A DNA stretch of 64,000 nucleotides from a virus. Position 1 is the stretch's first letter. Each line of letters begins with the position of its first letter. The notes under the pieces are model-generated. The model was not told the DNA's origin and did no database searches. It was given only the letters and a program-made list of their open reading frames with translations. The stretch lies in IMG/VR virus record IMGVR_UViG_3300044957_000619; one strand, written 5' to 3'. The position numbers and the translations under genes are program-made. Positions 20,697-31,628 of the stretch are shown here, piece by piece.

Positions 20697-21687
20697 TTCT
20701 TGTTTTATTCCAATATGACAATATTTCTGTCTTAGGAGCCGGCATTATAACAGTTTCTTTAACAATTTTATCAGTATGTGTAGTTAGAATTTCCTTGTCG
20801 GAAGCTTGAGTTGGGGCTTTAACCCGCTCGGCTTTACTCTCCTCAATTGCTTCCACCCGCTCCACCGGCAGAGATGATTCATCTTGTTGATGGATGATTT
20901 CTTTATTGTATAATATTTTATTTGTTGATATTAATAAAATTATAGCTAATGGATCAAATACCAATATAAGCATTATGATTAACCAATTAACTATAGTATC
21001 CATTGGTTTATTAGTTATACGAGCTACATATTTCAGCGGACCAACCTCAGCAGCTACCGTCGACGATGTTTGAAGATTAGTAATTTTTAATTCAATTGCA
21101 GATATCGAATCTGATAATATAGATTCTCGTTTATTTAATTCTTGCAATCGATTCATCGAAACATCTAGTTGTTTTTCATATGCTTTACGATTTGATGCAT
21201 CTGTTTTAATTATTTGATTTCCATTTCGATCTGTATATTGAATTTGATTATTTGCTAATGCATTAGTTAACTTAGTTACATTTTTATCAACGGCTTGTTT
21301 TTCTTTAGTAGTTGTATTTAATTGAGTTTGCAATCTATTTTTTTTAGTTTCATAATTTGTTACTACAGTTTCTAAATTCTGTAAACGATATGCCGTATCT
21401 TGATATGATGCTGCTAAGAATCCATATATTCCTAACGATGTAATCATCATTAAAACCACAACAGCTGTAGTTAAATATACGCGCATCATAATGGATATCT
21501 GAGTCCAATATCTATGCAAATATGATGCCGATATTAATTTAGAAACTTCTAACGTCGAAGCTAATATAATTACAGCGTTTGCTTGTGACGAAAACAATTT
21601 ACTTAATCCAAACACGCTATAATATGCAGCACTTGCAGCTAAACTAAATGCAGCAGCTAATACAATATATGGAAATCGTTTTGCCAC
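20668..21687 (-). CDS. Membrane protein: 3 TM helices, coiled coil, then a further TM helix
   Basis: Hydrophobic N-terminal helices, long heptad region, IIMLILVFDPLAIILL. Confidence 0.75.
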   Translation of the reverse strand: MAKRFPYIVLAAAFSLAASAAYYSVFGLSKLFSSQANAVIILASTLEVSKLISASYLHRYWTQISIMMRVYLTTAVVVLMMITSLGIYGFLAASYQDTAYRLQNLETVVTNYETKKNRLQTQLNTTTKEKQAVDKNVTKLTNALANNQIQYTDRNGNQIIKTDASNRKAYEKQLDVSMNRLQELNKRESILSDSISAIELKITNLQTSSTVAAEVGPLKYVARITNKPMDTIVNWLIIMLILVFDPLAIILLISTNKILYNKEIIHQQDESSLPVERVEAIEESKAERVKAPTQASDKEILTTHTDKIVKETVIMPAPKTEILSYWNKTRNDREKNRKK

Positions 21688-21869
21688 TATCCTCTATCGA
21701 TATAGTATTTTGCAGCTTCTAATTTTTTCATTGCACGAGCCAAATTGTCAAGTGCAGAAGCTTTATCAATTTTACCTTCACTTAATGCTTTTGCAGTAGT
21801 ACGAATTACTTCATGTGCATCTACGATATCGTCCGTAATTTTTGCTTTATAGCGATAATCTGCTTTCAT
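21687..21869 (-). CDS. Hypothetical protein
   Basis: 60 aa; late motif upstream. Confidence 0.6.
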   Translation of the reverse strand: MKADYRYKAKITDDIVDAHEVIRTTAKALSEGKIDKASALDNLARAMKKLEAAKYYIDRG

Positions 21870-21915
21870 AAATAACCTTTATTTTATATTATTAATATTA
21901 TATATAATAAATATA

Positions 21916-22941
21916 TTATTCTAAAATTAATTGGGTATTTTGACAACATTCAACATTCAAAGACAATAAAGATTGTTCTTTAGCCTTTGCCTCAACCATC
22001 ACATCAAGATCTGCAACACCATAAGTATTAGGAAGTCGCGTAATATAATCGGCATGAGCCTGCTCCTTGATCTTGGTAAACTCCTTGTATTGTTTGTGAA
22101 AGGTAGGCCAATTGGGCAAGTCGGCAATGTCAATGTTGTGATGTGCAAACATACGCTCAATAAGAATCTGTGCTTCACGTCGACGAGACTCACTGTAATG
22201 AGTACATTGTGTAACACCATGGTGTTGCCAAGTCTCGCGTGCCATAAAGAATGCTTCTTGTTCGGATATATCACCAGTATTGAATGTGTGATGCCAATAA
22301 TCAAATGTAATAGGTATAGCAATCTGAGTATGGAGCATGGAATATAATTCGCGTACGGAATACATGGAAGCCTTGTCATCATTCTCAATAACTAAACGTG
22401 CCTTGCAAGAATCTGAAAGACGATCATAGTTATGCAACCACCGTGCAATAGTATCGGACTTGTCGTTATACGTAGCACCTACATGAATATTGATCTTGTT
22501 CTCAAAGCTAGGAGCAAAGCCCATCAAATCAAAGAGCTCAGAATGTCGTTCAAGACCAATGATAGAATTATCAACAACTACAGCATCAGGACTACCTAAG
22601 ATATGAAATGGACCAGGATGTGTTGTAATGCGATGACCATGTGCACGAGCAAAGTCACCTGCGGCACGAAGATGTTGTGCAATAAGATCGATATCGGGCA
22701 AATCGGTTAGCTCATAATGATTCCAACGTGGAAACAATTCAGAACCTAAACGGAACAAGCGAATACCTCGTGCCTCATTCCATTGCAGAATAGCAAGTAA
22801 ATCGCGGGCGTTGGCAAGTGCAATGTCAGATGCTAACTGCAAACCACCAAGTTTAAATTTGCGATCAATCATGGCACGACCGGTACGAATACCTTGGGCG
22901 GATAACTCCATGTTGATACAAGCATAACCGAAACGTATCAT
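21916..22941 (-). CDS. uvsE: UV damage endonuclease (UvsE/UvdE family)
   Basis: RFGYAC, LFRLGS, HPGPF, IHVG, IENDD, FDYWHH, HYSES, AHADY, MVEAKAKE. Confidence 0.93.
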   Translation of the reverse strand: MIRFGYACINMELSAQGIRTGRAMIDRKFKLGGLQLASDIALANARDLLAILQWNEARGIRLFRLGSELFPRWNHYELTDLPDIDLIAQHLRAAGDFARAHGHRITTHPGPFHILGSPDAVVVDNSIIGLERHSELFDLMGFAPSFENKINIHVGATYNDKSDTIARWLHNYDRLSDSCKARLVIENDDKASMYSVRELYSMLHTQIAIPITFDYWHHTFNTGDISEQEAFFMARETWQHHGVTQCTHYSESRRREAQILIERMFAHHNIDIADLPNWPTFHKQYKEFTKIKEQAHADYITRLPNTYGVADLDVMVEAKAKEQSLLSLNVECCQNTQLILE

Positions 22942-22989
22942 ATATGTTTTATTTTATATTATGTAAAAAAAATGAAAAATCAAATTCAA

Positions 22990-23667
22990 TTATTTGTATT
23001 TAGTATACACCAATGTTACGTTTGCCATGATATAGAACGTTTCTGATGAAATTGGCTTAACATATTCAAAATCATAATACAAACAAATAGCATCCCATTT
23101 AGAATCCATAATATCATTCCAATGCGCTGAAGAAGTTGGATACCCCATACCAGGAGTAAAAAACATATCTACTAATCGTTTATAAGTAATCTTAGGACAA
23201 TTTTCATTGAAATCCGCAGGGATTTGAAATCCTTGATGAATCAACCCCTCACCGATATTTGCGTGCACATTTTTATCTAACAATGAAAATCTACCATTAA
23301 TATCTAATTCTGTAAACTTAGGTAAATCGATCTTTTCAGAATGTGATTGTTCTCCAGCTAACCTTTGATATAAAGCATGATGGTATGCTGCAGGAAGAAT
23401 AGATACATCATAAGTTAATGGTTTTGCTCCATTCAACTTGCGATAATAATTAAAACGATCAATAATGAATCGTTCTAATGTTATACGCTCAATACTATCA
23501 AATTTGGTTAATACGCTGGTTTCCGATTTACCATTGTATTTATTGGTATTTGTAATGTCAAACATAATAACATTACTTACTGTTCCGGAACATCCCGGAT
23601 AATGTTTTTGTGCAATTAAACTAAAACTTGAAATTGCTACAACTGCGAAACTAAATAATTTTTTCAT
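22990..23667 (-). CDS. Secreted CAP/SCP-domain protein
   Basis: Signal peptide ending ..IAQ; FNYYRKLNGAKPL...AAYHHA...SH...GE...SSAHWNDIMD. Confidence 0.75.
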   Translation of the reverse strand: MKKLFSFAVVAISSFSLIAQKHYPGCSGTVSNVIMFDITNTNKYNGKSETSVLTKFDSIERITLERFIIDRFNYYRKLNGAKPLTYDVSILPAAYHHALYQRLAGEQSHSEKIDLPKFTELDINGRFSLLDKNVHANIGEGLIHQGFQIPADFNENCPKITYKRLVDMFFTPGMGYPTSSAHWNDIMDSKWDAICLYYDFEYVKPISSETFYIMANVTLVYTKYK

Positions 23668-23740
23668 AACTTATTATTTTATACATTTATATTATGAAAA
23701 TTTTTGCATAAATCCAAAAAATAGAATATTATTTTATGCA

Positions 23741-23748
23741 ATATTTAT
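23741..23748 (+). promoter_or_regulatory. Late promoter motif ATATTTAT (representative plus-strand copy)
   Basis: Also at 24954 and 29713 on +, and in reverse orientation upstream of 12 minus-strand genes. Confidence 0.7.
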
Positions 23749-23775
23749 ATAAAACATATTATTTATAGGGATATA

Positions 23776-24921
23776 ATGAATTCATATTTGGAATATCTAC
23801 TTGCAAAAAAATTATTAGATATTAATACAAAAAATCTAACAGAATCAAATAAATTAAAATTAGCTAATCAAATTAATAAGTTTTTATTTGAAGCTGCGCA
23901 AGATTGGGTAACAATAACAATACCTAGTATCGCAATTGCATATGCGGCTGGTGCAACAGATTCAAAACCATTTATAAACGATATATGGACAAAAGTAAAT
24001 GCAGCAATTGAAGCTAATACCACAACAAAGGCACTAAAAACTGCAAATAATTTAGCTGTACAAAAACTCGAAATATATGCAGGTTCTAGCAATAACTATA
24101 ACGGAACGCCAACTCGATATGATACAAATAATGATATACGACCAGCAGATTTTGGCGCATATGCTGATTGGGTCTCACCTGGTACTGGACACGGAGTTTC
24201 AGATTTTGATTTAGCAGATGTAAAAACAAGAGGCGTAACGAAAACATTCACCAATCAAACCATGCTATCTGGTTATAAATCTAATTTAGAATTAGCAAAA
24301 AAACGAGTTGCTGACCTCGCAACCAATTTAAAGTCAATGATGATTACAAACGGTATCATGATACCAGATCCGGCAAAAGGTCAAGGATATGAAGAAATAA
24401 TTACTGCAGGAGTAGTTAATACCGGCGGGGTGTTAGACGATAAACGAAATGTTAATCTTTATAAAAATCCGGGGCAAACAGCTATTATAATAATTACATT
24501 ATCAGGAAAAGAAGATATAATTAAATTTCCAGTAACAGCGGAAGAATTAAAAGCTGGATTAGCAAATCAAACTATACTATGGGGAAATTATGGCGGCAAT
24601 TCGCAATACGGCGTAGTTGATCCGTTAACAGCATGGGAATTAAAATATTTACCAGGTGAAGGACAAGGAAAAAACACGTGGGTAAAGCCAGTAGTTAGAT
24701 GGACGTTTGAATATAATGCCAAAAATCAATTGATTAAAGTAAAACAAGAACCAGATCCAGGTAACATGGGCATCCCTACGGCTGTCAAACTTGCATTTCC
24801 TGCTAAAGAATATATAATTAATCCTCCTGGAAAAGCTCAACTTCAAGCTAAAGTTCCATTGGTATATGAATTATTAGTTGCTGCAGGAGTATATAATAGA
24901 TTTTTCGATGCAGTTCCATAA
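23776..24921 (+). CDS. Late protein with a divergent OmpA-like C-terminal-type domain
   Basis: LEIYAGSS...NLELAKKRVADLATNL motif; ATATTTAT upstream. Confidence 0.55.
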   Translation: MNSYLEYLLAKKLLDINTKNLTESNKLKLANQINKFLFEAAQDWVTITIPSIAIAYAAGATDSKPFINDIWTKVNAAIEANTTTKALKTANNLAVQKLEIYAGSSNNYNGTPTRYDTNNDIRPADFGAYADWVSPGTGHGVSDFDLADVKTRGVTKTFTNQTMLSGYKSNLELAKKRVADLATNLKSMMITNGIMIPDPAKGQGYEEIITAGVVNTGGVLDDKRNVNLYKNPGQTAIIIITLSGKEDIIKFPVTAEELKAGLANQTILWGNYGGNSQYGVVDPLTAWELKYLPGEGQGKNTWVKPVVRWTFEYNAKNQLIKVKQEPDPGNMGIPTAVKLAFPAKEYIINPPGKAQLQAKVPLVYELLVAAGVYNRFFDAVP

Positions 24922-24990
24922 CATCAAAAATAACAATAAAATAGTTTGAATAAATATTTATATTAAAGAAAATATTAAAAGGTAAACTTT

Positions 24991-26811
24991 ATGAATTTAG
25001 AACGCATATTAGCAGAAAATTTACTTCGATTTGGAGGTAAAAACTTAAACAAGCAATTGTTTGTATGCAAGTACTTGCTAGAACAAGGGGACAAACAAGC
25101 TGCAGCCATTGAACTATTAAAAGCGCAAGGAGATGCATATAATCAATTTGTAGATTGGCAAAACAAAGTAAGTAAAGATTATAAAAATGTAATTTTAACA
25201 AAATCGCAGGAATTTGTACCAGTTAATCCAGAGCCTATAGTTATCGAAGATGCATTTTATAATAATTTTGTTACATTAGACAAAGGCGTAAAAGATCCTA
25301 AAGCATTAAAAACAAAACTTGATAATTTAATAACTACATTAAGTGAACAAGGGGCTAAACTTAATGTACCAAATGGTAAAACATTGATTGAAATTGTTTC
25401 TACTGCAACACCACCGCCAGCTAGTACGGGGCCTAGGCCAAAAGATTTTCCTGGAAACGTGGTTCCGGCCTCTCATAAAAAAATAGATCACGATTATGGC
25501 GGTAATTTAAAGTATGATGCTACCGGCAAAGCAACGCCCGAATCTATAGAATGGGCTAAAACCAACGGAAATGAATCTTTAGCTAAGCAACGCGGCGAAT
25601 CGGTAAAAAAATATTTAGAGAGCAAAGGTGTTCAGGCAATCATTGTCGTAGTGCCATTAATTAATCAAGAAAAACGAAATTTTCAAATAACAGCCAAGCA
25701 AGAAGGAACGCAAAAAGTTATTACGCCGATTGGTACTCCAGATGTACAATGGTCAGTGTTTTATTCAGCGGGTCTAAGTGTCGGTGAAGATATGGATTTT
25801 TTAAAAAATACAGTTGAATGGACGAATATTATTAATGCTGCATATACAAAAATGCAACATAATGCGCAGCGAGATCGATCCAGTGGCATTAAACCAGGTT
25901 CGCCTTTGGCAAGAATAGAATTGCCAGATCCGGCAAAATTTTCTGATGAAAATTCAAAAGAATGGCGTACAGAGTATAATAGATTAAATTTGGGTTTACA
26001 GGGTGCAATGTTGCAATGGGCTTTATATGGTACGCCACAAGGTAATATATACTTAAGCGCAAATGGCGGTTGGACTTTTGGTAACTCACAAGGAGAATTG
26101 CCAGGAGTAAATGCAAAAATAATGCGCATTGTAGGAACGGGCAAACCATGGGGCATTCTTCAAGCAATTGCGAATGCAGCTGGTCCAAATTTAGGAGATA
26201 TGTCAAAACCAGGTACTACTAAATCTGACATCGAAACTAACTACCGCGGTATGAAAAAAGAAATGTTTCAAACTTGGATACCTGGCTTTGGAGTTGATGT
26301 AAGTTCGGGAGAAGGTAGCTTAGAACGTCAAGGTGCAAAGGGCGTATCGGGCATCAATGAAGCCGGCCGGTTGAATACTACGGGATATACCCGGAATGGG
26401 AACGTAATTTATGCGCAATTTCAAAATGCCGCATCTCCATTATTTACACAATTAACTGGTAAAGATGTTGCTGCATGGTTAAAATCCGTAAATGATTTAG
26501 CTTTATCGGATGCTATATATAGCAAAGCAAGTGCAGGAAGTTTCTACTACGAACAATTTAAAACCGATTTCCAGCCGCTACTTTCAATGACAATAACAGC
26601 AGAAGGTAAAGGTGATTTGAAAGCTTTGATTAAAGCTGCAGTAGCTGCCGGTATCAGTGACACATCTGAAACGATTTCAACCGATCCACAATATTGGACT
26701 AATGCATATTATATTGATTATACTAAATTAGATCAATTTGGAAAACCAAAACGTGGTAAATTAACGGGACAAGATGCAATAGATTTCTTTGAAGGTACAA
26801 AGTTTGCGTAA
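24991..26811 (+). CDS. Late protein with an OmpA-like domain
   Basis: NESLAKQRGESVKKYLESKGV matches the OmpA_C N..LS..RA..V..YL...G motif. Confidence 0.65.
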   Translation: MNLERILAENLLRFGGKNLNKQLFVCKYLLEQGDKQAAAIELLKAQGDAYNQFVDWQNKVSKDYKNVILTKSQEFVPVNPEPIVIEDAFYNNFVTLDKGVKDPKALKTKLDNLITTLSEQGAKLNVPNGKTLIEIVSTATPPPASTGPRPKDFPGNVVPASHKKIDHDYGGNLKYDATGKATPESIEWAKTNGNESLAKQRGESVKKYLESKGVQAIIVVVPLINQEKRNFQITAKQEGTQKVITPIGTPDVQWSVFYSAGLSVGEDMDFLKNTVEWTNIINAAYTKMQHNAQRDRSSGIKPGSPLARIELPDPAKFSDENSKEWRTEYNRLNLGLQGAMLQWALYGTPQGNIYLSANGGWTFGNSQGELPGVNAKIMRIVGTGKPWGILQAIANAAGPNLGDMSKPGTTKSDIETNYRGMKKEMFQTWIPGFGVDVSSGEGSLERQGAKGVSGINEAGRLNTTGYTRNGNVIYAQFQNAASPLFTQLTGKDVAAWLKSVNDLALSDAIYSKASAGSFYYEQFKTDFQPLLSMTITAEGKGDLKALIKAAVAAGISDTSETISTDPQYWTNAYYIDYTKLDQFGKPKRGKLTGQDAIDFFEGTKFA

Positions 26812-28133
26812 TGAAATTAACTAAACAACAAATTGATAAATTATTAGAACATGTTTTGCAATTGCAAGAACAGCCATCGTTTGATAATTTAGAAACAATT
26901 CAAGCTAAACGCAAACAACAACAGCAAAATAAGCAACTAGAAAAAAACGTTTTAGCTAAACGCGGACTTAGACCAATTCCGGGGCTTACTGGAGAATATG
27001 GTATGCCGTTAAAAGGAACTCAAGCACAGTGGATTGCTCAGATAATATATGATGCCAAAGGAATCATTTCTGATAACGAAAATAATGCAACTCGAGCCAT
27101 ATTAGCAATCAACGATAAATCGGAATTTGAAGCAACTCAGCGCGCCTTACAAAAACTTGCAGGTGGCAGAGGTATTGGACAGTACGTTGCTAGTTTTTTT
27201 GGTACATATACTGACAGTTACATTAAAAGCTTAGAACAACATGATACGGCAAACAAATTAGCTCCAGTAGGTAAGATTGTGTACGAATTACTTGGTAATC
27301 GAAATCATTGGAAATCTGAACGGCGTTTAAATAAAATTATTACGCATTTAAAAAAAATTGGGGCATATTCTTCTACTATATCTGAATTGCAAAAGGCATA
27401 TGATAAAATCAAATATATTGCATCCTTAGAAAATAAAATATGGCAGTCTAGTATAATCAAAGCTACTAAAGATTTTATCGAAGAATATCGTCATGAAATA
27501 TTATTAGTTTTAGAAATTGCAACTTCATTGATTCCATTTCCCGTAGGATTTATGATTTCAGCAGGAATTGGATTAGCAAATGCTGGATTATATGCTTCTG
27601 AAGGTGAGTATTATCAAGCTGGAGTAACTGCTGTGTTTGCAATGATGCCAAGCATAGGTAAATTAGTAGGAAAAATTCCTGCAATTGCAAAGTTAGGAGC
27701 CAAAGCTATGGGTCGGTTAGGTCAAAAACTTATAACTAAAAGTGGACAATTAACAAGAACTGAACAAATTATTGTTAAAGGTTTAATAGGTATGAGGAAT
27801 ACAATGAAATCTATCTATTTTAATTATTTAAAAACTCAAGCAAGGCAAGCAGAAATGGCCATTTTAGCAAAAGCTAGTTTTAAAAGTATTATTTCTCGAG
27901 GCAAAGCTAATCCAGAATTAATGGCGAAGGTGGCACGGTTATCAGGTTTAGATAAAATGATGATAATGATATCGCGCGGAATCATTGGTGTTACCGAATT
28001 TGCATTAATAATGACTGCGTGGAGTAAAGGTACTGATTTTTTAGTTAAAAATGCATGGGACCCTATTTATAATAAATACTTAGCAAATACCGAATATGAA
28101 GAGGCATTGGTAAAAGATTTAGTTGGAAAATAA
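26811..28133 (+). CDS. Late protein with an annexin-like repeat and a hydrophobic hairpin
   Basis: AQIIYDAKGIISDNENNATRAILAI; Gly/Ala-rich LEIATSLIPFPVGFMISAGIGLANAG...AMMPSIGK. Confidence 0.6.
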   Translation: MKLTKQQIDKLLEHVLQLQEQPSFDNLETIQAKRKQQQQNKQLEKNVLAKRGLRPIPGLTGEYGMPLKGTQAQWIAQIIYDAKGIISDNENNATRAILAINDKSEFEATQRALQKLAGGRGIGQYVASFFGTYTDSYIKSLEQHDTANKLAPVGKIVYELLGNRNHWKSERRLNKIITHLKKIGAYSSTISELQKAYDKIKYIASLENKIWQSSIIKATKDFIEEYRHEILLVLEIATSLIPFPVGFMISAGIGLANAGLYASEGEYYQAGVTAVFAMMPSIGKLVGKIPAIAKLGAKAMGRLGQKLITKSGQLTRTEQIIVKGLIGMRNTMKSIYFNYLKTQARQAEMAILAKASFKSIISRGKANPELMAKVARLSGLDKMMIMISRGIIGVTEFALIMTAWSKGTDFLVKNAWDPIYNKYLANTEYEEALVKDLVGK

Positions 28134-28136
28134 AAT

Positions 28137-29327
28137 ATGAAAAAATATGATTTAAATTTATTAGAAAGTATGATACTTGATAATAATATAATACTACGCG
28201 AACAAAGTTTACCATTTACAGATACTACGCAATCTAATAAATTTAGATTATGGTTTCGAAAAACATATCCATCTAAAGCCAATGAATTAGATTTAGATCC
28301 TACCGGACCCATGAATAATCCAACCATTCAACAAGCTTGGAATTTTAAACCATATGATTTAGATACAACAACAGCAGGACAGGAGTTTTCAAAACTAGGT
28401 TCATCATCAGGAGGATTAGATAGCGGCATTCTTGGATTAGGTATTAGCGGATGGGATCTTTTATTTATAACTGCAACGGCTGTTGGTGTAGTTTCAGGTG
28501 TAGCTGTTGCCGGCGTAAGTATATGGAAAAAACTACAAACTTTAAATAAAGTACGAAAAACTTTACCGCAATATTTAAAAACCAAAGGCAGTGGCGAACG
28601 ATTGTTAAAATTTTTACGAGGAGAAAATGGTAGAGATTTAGATAAACTAAAACAAGATATTGAGTCTAGTATTAAATTATCTAAAAAAGAAAAACGTGCA
28701 GCAAAAGAATTATTAGATAATCCAGGTACTGTTACTGCAGTTAAAAAAGTAATTAGTAAAGAATATGCTCAAAAGCTTCGCCGAGGTGAGATAACAGCTG
28801 AACAATTTATTAGAGAAACGGGAGTTAACCCAAAAGGCCAAGCAGCTCGAGAAGCTAGAAAAATTGAAGCATTACAGAAAAAATATGGTAAAATGTGGAA
28901 ACAAGCTTATGAAAAACAAAAACAAAAAGAAAAAAATATAAAATCTGATGTACCTAAACGTCAATGGTCTGCAGTACCATTTGCGCCAGAAATTAAATTT
29001 TCTGCAGATGGCGGTTGGTATTTATTTAAATCATCTAATGTTGCTGCAGAAAAAATAGATAATGCTATAAAAAAATCCATTATTACCTCTACATCGAATC
29101 TATCCATTAAAGAACAGTCTATGTTAAGAAATGCAATCAAATCTAATTTAACTAGCAAATTACATACTGGCGATGCTCGTATGAGTAAAAAATATTTAGG
29201 ATTACAACAATATCCATCATTTAAACAATTCGAAGCTGATTTACGTGCTGCAGGAGTTACTGATAAGATTGATATGAAACGATATATAACCGCACAATCT
29301 TTATGGAGATTAGCTAAAGGCTTATAA
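28137..29327 (+). CDS. Late protein with a single TM segment and a basic C-terminal region
   Basis: LLFITATAVGVVSGVAVAGVSIW; N-terminal LLE/LRE motifs. Confidence 0.7.
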   Translation: MKKYDLNLLESMILDNNIILREQSLPFTDTTQSNKFRLWFRKTYPSKANELDLDPTGPMNNPTIQQAWNFKPYDLDTTTAGQEFSKLGSSSGGLDSGILGLGISGWDLLFITATAVGVVSGVAVAGVSIWKKLQTLNKVRKTLPQYLKTKGSGERLLKFLRGENGRDLDKLKQDIESSIKLSKKEKRAAKELLDNPGTVTAVKKVISKEYAQKLRRGEITAEQFIRETGVNPKGQAAREARKIEALQKKYGKMWKQAYEKQKQKEKNIKSDVPKRQWSAVPFAPEIKFSADGGWYLFKSSNVAAEKIDNAIKKSIITSTSNLSIKEQSMLRNAIKSNLTSKLHTGDARMSKKYLGLQQYPSFKQFEADLRAAGVTDKIDMKRYITAQSLWRLAKGL

Positions 29328-29556
29328 CTATTTTTTTACAAATCCATTTAAGAAATTTCGTTGTCGCTGTATTGCATTGTCGAGTTGAGTGTTTTTTCGT
29401 TTCTTTCCAACTCCCGCAGTATTTCCATCAATGCCAAATTCAGCAACATGTTTTGTTTTAACGTTAGATCGGGTTGACTCATTTCTTTTAGAATTTGATG
29501 CAGGTATGCGTTTGCTATCTGCAGACCCGCTTCTGCTTTCATCTTCTGTCCTTCGG
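29328..29556. repeat. Diverged duplicate (copy A) of 32224-32452
   Basis: Ungapped alignment of about 229 nt with an identical core of about 70 nt. Confidence 0.95.
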
Positions 29557-29632
29557 TTATTTGAATTTCAAGAATTTGAGTGTATGCTGGAATACTACTT
29601 ATTAAAAACAATAAAAATAATATGCGTTTCAT
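29348..29632 (-). CDS. Chimeric ORF: signal peptide fused to a duplicated helical segment
   Basis: MKRILFLLFLISSIPAYTQ joined to the alternative frame of the duplicated segment; host-type promoter upstream. Confidence 0.55.
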   Translation of the reverse strand: MKRILFLLFLISSIPAYTQILEIQITEGQKMKAEAGLQIANAYLHQILKEMSQPDLTLKQNMLLNLALMEILRELERNEKTLNSTMQYSDNEIS

Positions 29633-29654
29633 AACTGGTTAACTTTTTAATTAT

Positions 29655-29690
29655 ATTACAATAATATGAAAACGTTTGCAAGAATCCAAA
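29655..29690 (-). promoter_or_regulatory. Host-type promoter TTTGGA-N-TATTATTG (representative of a dispersed class)
   Basis: Similar TTGG(A)...TA-rich elements near 20510, 23700, 32200, 47140, 49700, 50750, 51570, 54390, 60860, 62130. Confidence 0.6.
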
Positions 29691-29746
29691 TTTCATTATT
29701 TTTTTTTGAATGATATTTATTAATAAATCAAAAAAAAATAACTATT

Positions 29747-31627
29747 ATGGATTTAAACAAACTTCTCAAAGAAAACATGTTAAGATTCGGAACTAAAAAT
29801 CTAACATATGAACATCTCGGAAATATTATATCCGAAGAGCCAGACCCGCCCACTGAACCAGATTTATCAAAATTTGATTGGTCAAAAAATGGAACTCAAG
29901 ATTGGGCATCAGCTCCAATTAAAAGTTTAGTTGAATATGTACGCGCCGTCGATGCCGGAAAATCATATACTCAGTATGAGATCTACAAACCAGTTATGCA
30001 ATGGTGGCAAGATCATGATACTGAAGATACCAGATCATCTTTGCTTATATGGATTGGTGGAGAAGCTAATATGTATTACGGATTAAAAGCAGCTCGAGAT
30101 ATCGCCACTAAAAGTGCTGAGGCAACTACTACTACAGTTGATGATGAAGGCAATTCGGAAGGATTAAAAAAACTTGGAGATGAATTATTAAAAAAAACTA
30201 ATGAATTAAAAGGAACATCTACTCTAGACGGACAAGCTAAAGTGCAACTAATTACCATAGCTAAAATGTTAATTAGAACAGAAGAAGCTGGTGTTTCAGT
30301 TACTGATGATGGCTTTAAGAAACTTTCAAGGATAGTTACCGAATTACCGAAGTCAGCTTCAAATTGGAAACCGACGGGTGGATATGATGATAAAGTTGTT
30401 GCAAGTTTAAAAACAACAGTTACAAATTTAAAGTCGATGTTAACAACTGGTACTCCTACTAGCGTAATCGATATTGATGTTACGACATCGCAGATAAAAT
30501 CAAACTTGACAGATGATATTAGATCTAGATTATTAACACAACTGCAACAACAAGTTGATGTAAAAATTGCAAATCCAAAAACTCGAGATGGAATTTTTGG
30601 CGGTAGAATATTTGATATTTCTGTAGATAAAGCTGTACGAAACGCGGATACTTTAGTTGTAACAAAAGATACATCAAAATTATCCGTTGCAGGTACTGCA
30701 AGTGGAGATGCTCGAACCAAAATACTTGATACAATCGTATTTCATTTTGCAGTTCCTGATTTAGATGCACCTCAAGAACAAAGAGATTACGATGCACAAG
30801 CCATGTTTGAAGATGATAAAACGAAGTTGCAGTCATGGTCGCAACAAGCAGTATACTTTATTGCTGACCAATTAAATCAAAAAATCAGAGAAATTCAGGA
30901 ACAATTTCCTGATGATATGATTAAGGTACAAAAATTTGAAACAAGAGCATTTTCTGCTACTAGTTGCGTAAATACATCATTTGGATCTGGCGATGCTCAA
31001 GGAAAAAACAAAGTATGGAATAAAGCTAATAATGTACTATTAGCAAATGCCCGACTAAAAAGTATGCAAGATGAAATGAAAACTGCATTAAATGAAGAAC
31101 TCAAAGGATTAGAGGATGAAGATGGATTGATTCTTAACAAACTAAAAAGTACTTTTTCGATTAATGCAGCAAATGTTGGTCCAGAATGGGAATTTGTAGG
31201 TTTTGGAACTTTAGGCGACGACGGCAAAGTTAAATCTGAAAAATCTGCTACATATATTGACAAATATGGTCCAATGTTTCAAGAAGCATACAACAATGAT
31301 CCTACAATAACGCCTAAAAAATTTTATAGAAATCGCAAAGACAATCAAGCTCTTTTAGCAGATTACCAAACAACATATGCTAATTATAGAACCGCAACAG
31401 TTTCTGTACAATTAGAAGTACTTGCGCCTAAAAACATAGTGCAACAAGTTGCAGAAGGTGAATATGTTGTAACTGTTGTAAGCGGATATGGTGCTGAAAT
31501 AACTTGGACGAGAAGAAGGAAAAAAAAGAAGCGAGGCAGAGGTGGTGGAGGTCGTAGAGGTATCATAACAAGTTTTCCACCTATGCCAGCATTCAAAGGA
31601 CGTACATTAAAATGTCCTAATTTTTAA
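29747..31627 (+). CDS. Late protein with a divergent OmpA-like domain and basic C-terminus
   Basis: MFEDD...FSATS...NNVLLANARLKSM; leader NMLRFGTKNL shared with 24991; RRRKKKKRGRGGGGRR tail. Confidence 0.6.
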   Translation: MDLNKLLKENMLRFGTKNLTYEHLGNIISEEPDPPTEPDLSKFDWSKNGTQDWASAPIKSLVEYVRAVDAGKSYTQYEIYKPVMQWWQDHDTEDTRSSLLIWIGGEANMYYGLKAARDIATKSAEATTTTVDDEGNSEGLKKLGDELLKKTNELKGTSTLDGQAKVQLITIAKMLIRTEEAGVSVTDDGFKKLSRIVTELPKSASNWKPTGGYDDKVVASLKTTVTNLKSMLTTGTPTSVIDIDVTTSQIKSNLTDDIRSRLLTQLQQQVDVKIANPKTRDGIFGGRIFDISVDKAVRNADTLVVTKDTSKLSVAGTASGDARTKILDTIVFHFAVPDLDAPQEQRDYDAQAMFEDDKTKLQSWSQQAVYFIADQLNQKIREIQEQFPDDMIKVQKFETRAFSATSCVNTSFGSGDAQGKNKVWNKANNVLLANARLKSMQDEMKTALNEELKGLEDEDGLILNKLKSTFSINAANVGPEWEFVGFGTLGDDGKVKSEKSATYIDKYGPMFQEAYNNDPTITPKKFYRNRKDNQALLADYQTTYANYRTATVSVQLEVLAPKNIVQQVAEGEYVVTVVSGYGAEITWTRRRKKKKRGRGGGGRRGIITSFPPMPAFKGRTLKCPNF

Positions 31628-31628
31628 A

